Shown in pieces: positions 51,000 to 64,000 of a stretch of 64,000 nt of DNA. Position 1 is the stretch's first letter. Every line of letters begins with the position of its first letter. A model generated the notes under the pieces. That model worked only from the letters and a program-made list of their open reading frames with translations. It made no database searches and was not told the DNA's origin. The stretch is taken from contig OZ024741.1 in NCBI GenBank assembly GCA_964016885.1, positions 285,014,001 through 285,078,000 on the forward strand, given 5' to 3'. A program made the translations under genes and the position numbers. This stretch comes from Eledone cirrhosa (lineage: Eukaryota).

Positions 51000-52370
51000 T
51001 CATTGGTTTGTAGACTCGTGTTTGTTATTTTTCATATTTAAATAGTTGTTTGTCTTAATTTTTTATTTTGTTACAAAAGGGACATAAGCCTTCAGTCTTT
51101 TCCCTGAAGATGGCAGATTCCATAATACTTGGGCCAAAGGCCAAAATATTTGAACTTTACACCTAAAATTTCGGCCCACAAATGTTTTTGTAAAAATGAA
51201 AGCGACATTCCCTCCACACCCAGCAGCGGGAATAACATGTCATGTCACAGCGCCTCAGAAGGGAGTCCAAAGGTTGATAATAGCGTCACAACCACCATCA
51301 CCACTGTCAGTGCCATCACTATAGACATCATCAACAAAGTCATCATCACTGCCACCAACAACAACAGCAGCAACAGCAACCACAAAAGCTGCCAGCAGTA
51401 ACAACAGATACGACAAAAAATACAGTAAAAACAGCAACAACAGCAATGACAATAACAACACCACCAACAACAACGTCTACAGCAACGAAGATAAGAGCAG
51501 CAATAGCAACAGCAACAACAACAGCAACAACGACAACATCAGCAGTAACAACAACGACAACAGCAACTATGAAAACACGTTCGCAGCAACGGCTGTGATA
51601 AATATGGAATTCTTTCATATAGATTTGAACAGGAGTAATAAAAGTTTGGCTCAAACTGCCAAACTTGTAACACTGGAAACAACCTAAGACCACATAGATG
51701 TTCCACTGGAGGTGGTGGCAGCGACGGAAAAAAATCCTATATTACAGGTGTATCAATTCAAAAAAGCTAGAGCTGGCTCCACCATCCTATGTGGAGACAG
51801 CTCTGGAGGGCTTGATGCCGAACATCCTCATGTGGCAAGGGCCTGGCAGTTTGGGAGCATCTCGGAGCTCTTCAAAGGTGAGGTCCTTGCAAAGAAGTAC
51901 GCTGTGGTTCCCTGTAAAACGGACCAATTTGTAATATTTCCCTCTCACATAGGAAGAAGAAAACTCAAAATACGAATTGCTGGGATCCCGCCAGAATTAG
52001 ACATTCTGTTGATCCTAGCATTCATCGTTCCGAAGGGAAGCGAAACACTCCTGGAAATAAAGAAGACCCGGAGAGAGAACTGGTCTGGAATCAGTCTAGA
52101 AATACTTCTGCTGATCTAATTCACCTTACAAGTGGCGCAGTGCTACGGGTGGCAAAATTCCTAGGCATCACCGATGTGGATAAACCACCCACCCACCTAA
52201 GAGCTTTCTGCCTTCTACAGATGACAGAGGGAAACCCCAGAGTACCATTGCTACCAACATCAGGGCCCCAACAACAACCTTAGCCCAAGCAGCGAACAGC
52301 AACAGCAGCTGCACCAACACCGTTTGCAGTAACTGCATTAACAGTCAAATCAACAACCGTGGCAGCAGCA
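51000..52370 (+). mobile_element. Tx1-clade 5' portion (5'UTR plus decayed ORF1)
   Basis: FPSHIGRRKLKIRIAGIPPELD..RENWSGISLEILL matches other ORF1 copies; shares the 5'UTR block. Confidence 0.78.
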
Positions 52371-52410
52371 CGGTCAGTATTAGCCCAGGTATGTCAAGCG
52401 TAATAGTACC

Positions 52411-53621
<1,211 letters not shown>

Positions 53622-53702
53622 CGTTATTAAGTTTGACTTAGAGCAGAGAATATGAATAAACAAAGTTAATTTTACCCTGTTGACTTACACTTCTTGTTTA
53701 TA

Positions 53703-54574
53703 TATAGCATTAAAGCCCGGCGTTGCTCGGGATCAGTAAGTTACCAAAGTTAGGTTGCACCACCCATTTTATGGCAGCACTTTTTTGTCTGCCAGGCACT
53801 GGGTGAATGAATTGCAGACCTGGACTACTGAATCAGAAGCTGCGCCAGCAATGACAATTGTAGTTTCGCCTATGGATATTATCTCTGTGCAAAGAAGTGT
53901 TGAAATTTATTGTTTCACAGTACTTGCGCAACACACGCGTAGACGATGCCAGCCGAACAACAGAGCTGCGATGGAGTTGTTCTGCATGGTTGTCTAATGT
54001 GTGTTTTCTAAATTTAAGACAGTAGGGAGGGGTGTGGTATGGGGGAGAGTTAGCTGCTGTTTCTAGCAGGTTTAGTGACCTCATAGAGGATATTATTGTG
54101 TATAGTAAATGAACTGATACTTCTTTCTTCCACGTTCGTTGATAGATGTTTTAAAAAAGATTTATCGCTATTTTTTTTTTGTTGTTAAATATATTTATCT
54201 GTTGCTTTTGAATAATTGTTGTTTCGTATGAAATGTAATAAGTTCTCTTTCTTATTGAAGTAAATAAATGTTTGACTGTTCCACACTCAAAAACAAACGT
54301 TCTCTCTCTCTCTCTCTCTTAAAGTTTAAGGGGAGTAGAGAGAGGATTATCTGATTGTATTAGAGGGGTAAAGCGTCATGTATTTAGTTTTATCGATTAT
54401 TTCCGTAATTGTGGGTGACTGTGAATGAAATAAATAGTCGGTGACCTATGTTACTCCATTTACAACATTCTTACAGACTTTGAGTCGAATCGGTTTGAAA
54501 TTGTGCAAATGTATAAACATGGAACATGCACACACACACACACACACACAACAACAATCTGCCTTTTATAGATA
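53703..54574 (-). mobile_element. Non-autonomous Helitron-like element
   Basis: cccggcgttgctcggg hairpin near the left (3') end; tctataaaaggcag at the 5' end on the minus strand. Confidence 0.6.
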
Positions 54575-54829
54575 ATTATATATATATATATGCGTGTGTG
54601 TGTGTTTATTTATTTATTAAGAAGTGCGTACAATAGTTATATTTGTATATATACAGAGTGGGTAACTGAGACTGTGATAATGTGTATATACATATACAGA
54701 TTTTTCATATATAGACATGTACACATCGATTTTCGGACCTAGTTGGGTCTTCTTCCTGTGTGTATATAATCTAGACAACCATAAAGAAACACATATCTGA
54801 TGGGCTTATATACCCATTCGCTCATGAAC

Positions 54830-55282
54830 AGCAATTCTGACAACACCACCAACAAGATCAGATGAAGCCCCAGCAACAACAAAAGTAACAGCAAGAATCA
54901 TAAAACACCACCCAGTGGGGCTCCCAATACAGCTCTCCTTCTTCCCCTCATCCGTAGACACTCACATCACAACGCCCGTCTGAGTCAAATACAGAAACAT
55001 CCTCTTCTCGCAGCGAGAACGAGGGGGAACCCCCAAAGTCCTAGAAACAAACAAAAAATGAAACATAAAAAGAAACAAAAAATATATTGCGCCATTCCAA
55101 CTCACACTCCAGAAAACACAGAAAACACTCCCACAACAAATAGACATAGTTAAAACAACACCAACCCCGCCAACACAAACACCGCTATCACCAACACTAC
55201 CAACAAAATGAAAACACACACAACTACAGCAACCAAACTTCGTGCTAGTGAGACGGTCCAACGAAGAATTAATGGCCTTCAT
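54830..55282 (+). mobile_element. Tx1 ORF1 C-terminal fragment
   Basis: Homologous to the reverse complement of 38990-39500. Confidence 0.65.
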
Positions 55283-55757
55283 AGCACTTTTTTCCCCGAA
55301 TTAGGGTTAGGTTTAGGGTTAGTTTTATGGTTAAGTTTGGGGTTTCCTTTTCCGGGAAAAAGTTGATTGCAAGCATCTAAGAGGTCCCCCCACCAAAAAA
55401 AAAAATGAAAGATAATTATTTCCCATCAAACGCGAGAGGTTTGTAGATCTGCGAAACACCAATGGGCTTTTCGCCCCCTTTCACTCCAATTTTTCTACAA
55501 ATCTAGTTGTTTCCGACTGGTCTGAAGGTCATATTCGGTGATAACATGCGAAAATATAAAACTGGGGAGAAAACTCCAAAGAAGGGGGGGTGGGGTGGAG
55601 GGAGCACGTCACCCCCTCCGTTCTCCAGGCGAAAAACTAGATTGCCAAAATCTTAGAAGTTAGAATAATTGATAGCACAGAAAAAAAACAAACAAAAAAA
55701 AGGAACATTTTTTTTTATCTATACACATTTTTTTATCTATATACATTTCTCTCTCTC

Positions 55758-55794
<37 letters not shown>

Positions 55795-55796
55795 AT

Positions 55797-55950
<154 letters not shown>

Positions 55951-55952
55951 AT

Positions 55953-56018
<66 letters not shown>

Positions 56019-56347
56019 TTGTGTTAGTAGAATGAATGTATAGTTAAAAGTTAAAAGTTGAAGTGGCGTGAGTTCAATCGCCGGACACTACATTCCGATC
56101 CGATGAAGAAGACTAAATATATATATATATATATATCGTTTCTGAATTTGTTTAGCAAGATTCATTATCTGAAAACGTGTGTTGAAACCGATATTGTTAT
56201 ACTTTGGGAGGGTCATGTTGCCAATAAGAAACACACGCACCAGTTGCTTTCACTCCAATTTATTATAAATTAAATTATAAATTTAAAAAAATTATAAATT
56301 TCCGGTTGGTTGGTTGGTTCCACAACCGGACGGTTGTTCATATAGTG

Positions 56348-56720
56348 TCAAAGTTCTTTTAATCTTTCTCCGACACTACGAGCTGTCTCACCTATGTACA
56401 CTATCTTCTTATCTTTACATTGTCCTTCAGTACATCTTATGCTATATACTATGTTTCTAGTTTTACAGTTAATATGGAGGCTTAGTTTACAGATTATACA
56501 TTTCTTATCTATACAGGGAGGTCTATGAAAAGGGTATGTATTACTAATAAGTGTTTTTATGGAGGTACCTGGTCTTTCTACTATCTTAATATTTAGTTTA
56601 AGTTTATCTAGGGCCCTTCTAAATTTGTAAGCTAGTTCACCTCTAGGGTTGTATTGATGAACATTACACTCTGGTATTTATTGCTATCATACCATGAGTT
56701 TATTCTATTAACCTTATTCC
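56348..56720 (-). pseudogene. Penelope-like (Neptune-type) Cys-rich linker plus GIY-YIG endonuclease fragment
   Basis: Hand translation: KIVERPGTSIKTLIS..PCIDKKCIICKLSLHINCKTRNIVYSIRCTEGQCKDKKIVYIGETARSVGERLKE. Confidence 0.88.
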
Positions 56721-56764
56721 CGAGAGGCACAAAACAAAGAAAAGAATCCCCAGTCACTGAAGAG

Positions 56765-56807
56765 GTCACTGAAGAGGTCACAGAATGTGTGACGAAAGAA
56801 CTTTGAC
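56765..56807 (+). ncRNA. Minimal hammerhead-like motif in the inverted pLTR
   Basis: GTCA-CTGAAGA-G-GTCACA GAATG TGTGAC-GAAA-GAAC-TT-TGAC. Confidence 0.6.
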
Positions 56808-58297
56808 AATATATGAACAACCGTCCGGTTATGGAACCAACCAACCAACCGGAAATTTATAATTTTTTTTAAATTTATAATTTAATTTATAATAAATTGG
56901 AGTGAAAGCATCTGGTGCATGTGTTTCTTATTGGCAACATGACCCTCCCAAAGTATAACAATATATATATATATATAGTCTTCTTCATCGGATCGGAATG
57001 TAGTGTCCGGCGGTTGGACTGACGCCGTTTCAACTTTTAACTTTTAACTATACATTCATTCTACTAAAACAAGTAACGTCTACTTAGCTGAATATTGTCT
57101 TACTACTCTAACTGCTAACACCCAATCTCTCTCGCTCTCTCTGTATATATATAATATATATATAATATATATATATCATATAAGATTAGTCATGAGTTAG
57201 TCACTCATACGATGTATGCGGCCGTGTCTGTGGTTGTGGCTGATGGTAGGAAAATGAGGAGAGGGGAGAAAGTGAGTGAGTGAGTGAGTGAATGAGAGAG
57301 AGAGGAGGTAGTGAGAGAATGACATTTCAAAAGTTAAGTGAAAAAAGTTTTTTTCTAAGGACTGTATATACTTTCCTCGACATTCATAGAGGAAACTTAT
57401 AGAACACAGAACCTGAGAGGTGATCCTTATGTGGGCTGCTTGACCAGTTAAGCTAAAAACAGCAGCTAAATGACCCTCAAAATACATACAGAATAAACAA
57501 AACAAAACAAAACAAAACAAAACAAATCATGGGAAATACACACGTTTGCATAGCGGGATACTAGATAAGTTATTGTAGGTATATAAATATATGAAGTGGT
57601 CACGGTTGGATGGTGTTTTTTTATGAATAAAGTCTTCTTCGTCGGAAGTTAAACATCGACTTCGAGAACATTCCTGAAAAGCATTTAAAAGAATATTATC
57701 GTGCAAAGTGAAGAGAGAGAGAGAGAGAGGGAGAGGGAGAGGGAGAGAGAGAGAGATTACTCGCAGACACACACACACATATGTGTATCGGACGTAGAAA
57801 GTTGGTATACTAAGACAAAGGAAGTAAAAACTGGGGAAACAGAAACAAAACAGTAGCAGCAGCAGCGGTAGCAGTAGTAGTAGTAGTAGTAGTGGTAGTG
57901 GTGGTGGTGATAGACGATGACATAAAGTTACATTAGTTAGAAAGAAGACCTACATACATATACACATATCTACACACGTTATACGTACGTGTGCGTAGAA
58001 AGAAAAAAATATATATATACTGAAACTATTCATGCAATATGTGATTACTGAAGTAAGTAGGAACTGAGCTATATAAAACAATTGTTGTAGAGTTTAATTG
58101 CACACAGACACATACACACATACATGTATACATACATACATACATATGTGTGTATACGTATGTGTTTATAAATAACGTAGAACATATAAAAAGCTGAGTT
58201 AGACGGTGTGAGAACAAAAGACCTCGGAGTTCTCTCTTCCTTTCTACGTTGAATTTATTACTTAATATTTTTACTTTTTCGCAATCTCTATTTCACC

Positions 58298-58656
58298 ATG
58301 TTTATCGAAATCTTAGTCGCTCTATTGATCCTTCCTTTGACTATTTTCTTCCTGTTAAAGTTTCTCATGAACCCATATGTAAAACCATTGCATTACGAAA
58401 ATGACATTAGACTGGACGGCAAAACAGTTTTGATAACTGGTGCCACAGCAGGAATTGGTAAAGCGACTGCCTTCGAATTCGCTGAACGTGGGGCACGAAT
58501 CATTTTGGCCTGCCGAAACCGGCAGAAAGCCGAACTAACATGCGAGGAGATCCGACAAAAGACTGGAAATGATAATCTGGCTATCGTGGATATAAATCTA
58601 TCTGACTTGGATTCAGTTAAGTCTGCCGCCGATGAAGTGAACAAATCGGAAAGCAG
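58298..58656 (+). CDS. Short-chain dehydrogenase/reductase, retinol dehydrogenase 11-14-like, first coding exon
   Basis: N-terminal hydrophobic anchor, LDGKTVLITGATAGIGKATA (TGxxxGIG), GARIILACRN, INLSDLDSV. Ends at the AG|GTAGGT donor before the expected LDILINNAG. No later exon was recognised in the window. Confidence 0.9.
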
Positions 58657-59096
58657 GTAGGTTCCACCACGTTTCCTATGTTCTTTCGGTGTTTCTGTAT
58701 GTATATGTCTGTGTACCTGTGTGTCTTTGTGTATGTAAAGTACTGGGGTCGATTTAATCGAATTTCCCTTCCCGCTAAATCGCTGTTCTTGTGCCTATAT
58801 TAGAAGCAATTTTTTAGCTATTTCAACATCACCATCAATATCAACATTTTTTCATCATTAGCTTTTATCCGGTGCCTTCTTTGTTCTATTATAGATAATG
58901 ATGTTGTGGGTGTTGTCCTCATAATTTTGTTATTTATTTATTCTTATGTTTTGTCTATAACAATCTATTCTTCTTCTTCTTCTCATTATAATTTTCATCC
59001 TCATTTCCTGCTCCTCCTCCTTCATTTCTTATTTTTTTTACACGCTTCAACATCATCATTAGAATCCACGAAGCGGTTTACACCTGTGGTTCTGCA

Positions 59097-59228
59097 TAGG
59101 GCCGAATTTATCGGGAAGAGTGACAAACAGAGCCCCCTCTAGGAACCTTCATACCCCCCAACCTAAACTGCCCCGGGCCCTCCAAACCTGAACTGCCCAG
59201 GGCCTCTCCGGATCTAAATATGGCCCTG
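59097..59228. mobile_element. hAT-like MITE
   Basis: Imperfect TIRs TAGGGCCGAATTTA / TAAATATGGCCCTG; 8-bp TSD gttctgca / attctgca. Confidence 0.7.
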
Positions 59229-59544
59229 ATTCTGCATACTAGAGACCGATCGCCCACACCATAGGACTCGTATAGCTGGGGTAGCGATGATTGAGTATCC
59301 TCTCATATATTTTTATTGTGTCCTTACACACATAATATACCCTTTTAAAAATCCATCAATATTATACTAATGATTAAATATTCATAAGAATATATTAAAT
59401 TATATGTTTAGGTCACGTACTTTTCAAATATATATATATATTTATAAATAGAAAGTCATTGTTTTGCAGTTGGTCGACTCAGTATCACTGCTCCAGAGTG
59501 GGGAAGCTTTCTCAGAGTGTAGGATACCATATGTATGCCACCCC

Positions 59545-60765
59545 CTGTCTCTGCTTTTGTTGATCTAGAGAAAGCCTTTGACAGAGTAATCCGATCGGTC
59601 ATCTGGTGGTCATTAAGGCAACTAGATGTAGAAGAGTGGCTTGTAAGAGCAGTGCAAGCCATGTACAGAAGAACTGAGTAAAGTGAGAATAAGGAATGAG
59701 GTTAGCGAGGGATTCAAGGTATAGTTAGGAGTTCATCAGTGTTCAGTTCTTAGTCCACTCCTGTGTATCTCAGTCTTACAGACTGGTTGCCTATAGGAAC
59801 TTGTGTATCATAGCTGATTTTTTGGAAGAACTAGAGATTAAATTCCAGCTGTGGAAACAGAAATTAGAATCAAAATGGCTTAGAGTAAATTTAGAACAAA
59901 CCAAAATATTAATAAGTAAGAAAGAAGATAGGACACCAATCTCATCAGGGAAGTAAACTTACTCGATATGTTGAAAAGGAATAGGCATAAACTCGATATG
60001 ATATACACAATGCAAATTTGGGGTACATATGAGGTGTTGTTGGGATAACAGGTAGACTAGCAGGAAAGGAGGACTTCGTATGTTGTCGATATTCAGGGTC
60101 AATTGATAGTTAGAGTGCTAATAATAAAATAAATAATATAAACCTTTTCCAATCCCAGGAAGGATCTATAAAAGTGGTTGATAGTTTCTGCTACCTAGAT
60201 GATATAATTAGCAGTGGAGGATGATGCTTAGAGATCATAGTAGCTAGAATAAGGACAGGATGGAAGAGGTTTAGGGAACTGCTGCTCCTGGTATCAACAA
60301 AAGGGTTTTCCCTGCGAACGAAGGGTTAGCTGTGTGATGCCTGTATGCGAAGTGCCATGCTACACAGTAATGAGATATGGGCAATGAACGCTGAGGACAT
60401 GCAAAAACTGGAAGAAATGAGACAAACATGTTTCGATGGATGCGCAATGTTAATGTGTGAGAAAGACAAAACATTGATGAACAGATGGAGAAACTGGGTA
60501 TAAGAGCAACGAGAAGTAATGTGAAAGCGAGGAAACTGCGTTGCTGTGGTGCCAAATAATTCCCGTGGAAGAATCCCGCAGTAGAAGAAGACCAAGGAAG
60601 ACTTGGATGGAAATCGTGAGAGCTGATCTGAGGTAGCTAAAGCTTACGGAGGAGATGACAAAAAAATGCAGCATGTGGAGAGAAGCTATGCTGAGAATGA
60701 CCCGTCCAACCCATGCAAGTGTGGAGCAACGGACGTAAAATGATGTTGCTGTTGCTGATGATGAT
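59545..60765 (+). mobile_element. RTE-clade LINE 3' fragment
   Basis: [50 protein letters not shown]; (GAT)n tail. Confidence 0.85.
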
Positions 60766-60772
60766 ACATACA

Positions 60773-60954
<182 letters not shown>

Positions 60955-60959
60955 AAAAA

Positions 60960-61688
60960 AAAAGGAAAAGAATGACTTCACTTCTAGTGTTAAATAATTT
61001 GATTTAATTTTATATTATTATAATACTGGATTGGCAGTATCGGTAGAGGGTCGGACGCCATGCTTTGACGCATAGAGTTACAGTCCTTGCCATTCTGAGT
61101 TCAAATCCCGCCGAGGTTTACTTTGCCTTTCATCCTTACGGGGTCGATAAAATAAAGTACCTGTAATGCACTGGGTGATTGCTGGCCTTGTGCTAAAAGT
61201 AGAAACAATTATAATATTATGAGTTGGTAGATCCAGTAAGTTCTTTGTTAACTTTGGTGGGAAGAATTTTAAAGATTCCTGATTAACTTTGTTGGAGAGG
61301 TTTCTCGCATTCGTCTGTCTGTGGTGATTGTCAAACTGAGATCAGGTTGTGTTGAGATGTGTGACATATATAAGAGAGATTTGGATATGTCTGGGGTCTG
61401 GGGTGTTATGTTAATGAGTGTTGATGAACATTTGGAGGAATTAAGGCATACACACACACACACATACACGCACACACACACACACACACATACACGCACA
61501 CACACACATACACACACACGCATATATATATATACACTCAGAAAATGGTGAGGCTGCAAGATAAGGGTGTTTGCCATTATATACTCATCAAAGGTCAGCT
61601 AATGAAATAAAACCAGCAGGAGGGATGTTTACAACACCCTTCTCAAACACACTTATCTTGCAACCTCACCATTTTCTCAGTGTATATA

Positions 61689-61749
<61 letters not shown>

Positions 61750-62035
61750 ATGCTTTAGTTCCTCCAAATCTTCATTAACACCACACGCCAGACACATCCC
61801 AATCTCTCTTATATATAGTCACACATCTCAACACAACCTGATCTCAGTTTGACAATCACCACAGACAGAGGAATGCGAGAAAGTTCTCCAACAAAGTTAA
61901 CCAGGAATCTTTAAAATTCTTCCCACTGAAGTTAACAAAGAACTTACTAGATCTACCAACTCATAATATTATAATATTATAAAATAAAATAAAATTATTT
62001 AACACTACAAGTGAAGTCATTCTTTTCTTTTTTTA
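60960..62035. repeat. About 400-bp-arm inverted repeat between (TA)n tracts
   Basis: 60960-61573 (excluding the SINE) is the inverse of 61644-62035. A second pair lies at 62035-62078 / 62374-62420. Confidence 0.88.
61026..61207 (+). mobile_element. Family A SINE inserted in the left arm only
   Basis: TSD attataata on both sides; absent from the right arm. Confidence 0.9.
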
Positions 62036-62072
62036 CAAATATACCTAACTGTACCTAGGATCTCACATGTTT

Positions 62073-62172
<100 letters not shown>

Positions 62173-62308
62173 CCCCAGAATTAGCCGTCGAAACGGCTTG
62201 AGCTCAGCCGTCGGGGTCTTACTGGTTCCTATTACCCACTCTACTACCCTAAGTATTGAGTACTTTGGTGCGTTATGGTCCACCTGGTTCCTTACCACAT
62301 TTCCTTCG

Positions 62309-62382
<74 letters not shown>

Positions 62383-62616
62383 AAATATGTGAGATCCTTG
62401 GTACAGTTAGGTATATTTGAAAAAAAAGAAAAGAATATATATATATATATATATATATATATGGAATAGAATGAAACGAAATTTCATTTCTCACTCTTAG
62501 TACGGCAGTTAATTAAATGTAAACTCACTCGATATGCAAATTAGGTTGCTCAGCCGTTAATATGCATAAGGAAAGTATATACTTTCAGACGTTCAACCAT
62601 CTGGCAGGAAGGTATA

Positions 62617-62657
62617 CGATGGTGACGATAGCTAATAGGCTTGAAACTAGTACATCG
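62617..62657 (+). ncRNA. Hammerhead copy with C3G mutation
   Basis: CGATG-GTGACGA-TAGCT AATA GGCTT-GAAA-CTAG-TA-CATCG. Confidence 0.7.
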
Positions 62658-63679
62658 TTCCTGTGTCAGTGTTGAACAAAAAGGTGACGTAGGTGCCTAA
62701 TCACTGTACGGCGTAATTCGAGCTGTTTGTTTGTTTACAAACAAACCGAGCATTATAATAAATGTTCAGTAAACCGATACGTGCATATATATATATGTGC
62801 ATGTATGTATATATATACATACTACTGTACGTCTGTATACATATATGTATGTACGTATACATACTTATATATATGTATTGGTAACATGTATCCCAGTACA
62901 ACCTGTCTCATGGTCGGGTCGTTGGCGACTAAACTGGCAACCCCACCAAGGTTTCTTGGTGAGGAGGGTGGCTTTGGACATCCTGCAGGACTAAAAACAA
63001 AACCTGTCAAAAGGAAAAGGGGCTCTTAAGAGTCAATAGCCATCCAAAATCACCGGGAGAGATGACCCCTTAGCCTTTGTCAAGGCAGAATTCTAGGAGA
63101 AGGAAAACTCTGATATAACACCTGCAACCCTGATGGTATCCAATGATGTTGAATTGTTCTTCTTTTTGGTAAATATCATCTTGGTTAAGAGAGTGGGATT
63201 GGCTTTGTGAAGTGCCTTTGCTCACTATAAAAGCTTCACGGCACAGGCATTGCTTTATATCTGGAGATCTCTCTGCACTTGTCGTCACATGGTACCATGG
63301 GCCCAGCACTATGTGTCAATAATTGTCACAAGTGTAGTGTTTGTACCAGAGTTTTCAAGTCGCTGGCTGGACTAAAAAGTCACACTCGTTCAGCGCATTG
63401 GTAGGGGTTCTCCTACATGGATGTAAAGTGGTGGCCGTACTCGAAAACGAGTTGGCAGCCACCATATATGTATGTACGTATACATACGTATACATACTTA
63501 TATATATATATATATATATATATTAATATTATTATAATATATATATATATTATTATAATAATAATATATATATTTTATTATAATAATATATATATATATT
63601 ATTATAATAATATCTATATTTTATTATGATAATATATATAATTTATTATTATAATAATAATATATATATATTATTATAA

Positions 63680-63869
63680 TAATTGTTTCTACTTTAGGCA
63701 CAAGGCCAGCAATTACCCAGTGCATTACTGGTACTTTATTTTATCGACCCCGTAAGGATGAATGGCAAAGTCAACCTCGGCCGGATTTGAACTCAGATCG
63801 TAAAGGGACGTAACTATGCTGGAAAGCATGGCGTCCGACTCTCTACCGATACTGCCAATCCACCGCCCT
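63680..63869 (-). mobile_element. Family A SINE
   Basis: Reverse complement of the family sequence, inside (TAA/TA)n. Confidence 0.92.
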
Positions 63870-64000
63870 ATATATATTATAATAATAATAATAACATATA
63901 TATTTTATTATAATAATATAATATATATATATATATATTAATATATAAATTAATATATATATATATATATATATATATTAATATATATATATATATATAT

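Larger units (their letters stand above)
56017..57074. mobile_element. Nested inverted PLE structure around a GIY-YIG endonuclease fragment
   Basis: Outer arms 56017-56115 / 56976-57074; inner arms 56189-56359 / 56795-56963. Confidence 0.85.

Noticed and set aside
55300-55335. Telomere or interstitial telomeric array
   Set aside because: Only about 4 degenerate TTAGGG units inside a repeat-like context.
58298-58660. SDR as a complete 120-aa protein or truncated pseudogene
   Set aside because: The apparent stop lies within a consensus AG|GTAGGT donor; it is better explained as an exon end.

Overview
AT-rich, microsatellite-dense animal DNA. From its SINE/LINE families and simple repeats it resembles an octopod cephalopod genome (inference). 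Almost the whole window is mobile-element debris. It contains about 9 pieces of Tx1-clade LINEs (three near full length, all frameshifted), RTE fragments, an R4/Dong-like and a CRE-like RLE retrotransposon, Penelope-like element (PLE) remnants, Helitrons, MITEs and about 20 tRNA-derived SINE copies. The only host gene seen is the first coding exon of a short-chain dehydrogenase (RDH11-14-like) at 58298-58656. Three structures stand out. (1) There are more than a dozen type I hammerhead ribozyme motifs with palindromic stem III, including compensatory U3-A8 core variants; most lie in inverted repeats at (TA)n tracts, one set of which is nested. (2) Retroelements are partitioned by microsatellite: Tx1, SINE and Dong/R4 stack in (ATT/AAT)n, one Tx1 subfamily uses (GATA)n, and PLEs use (TA)n. 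(3) The SINE 3' tail matches the Tx1 3' end. All calls are by eye, without database searches.
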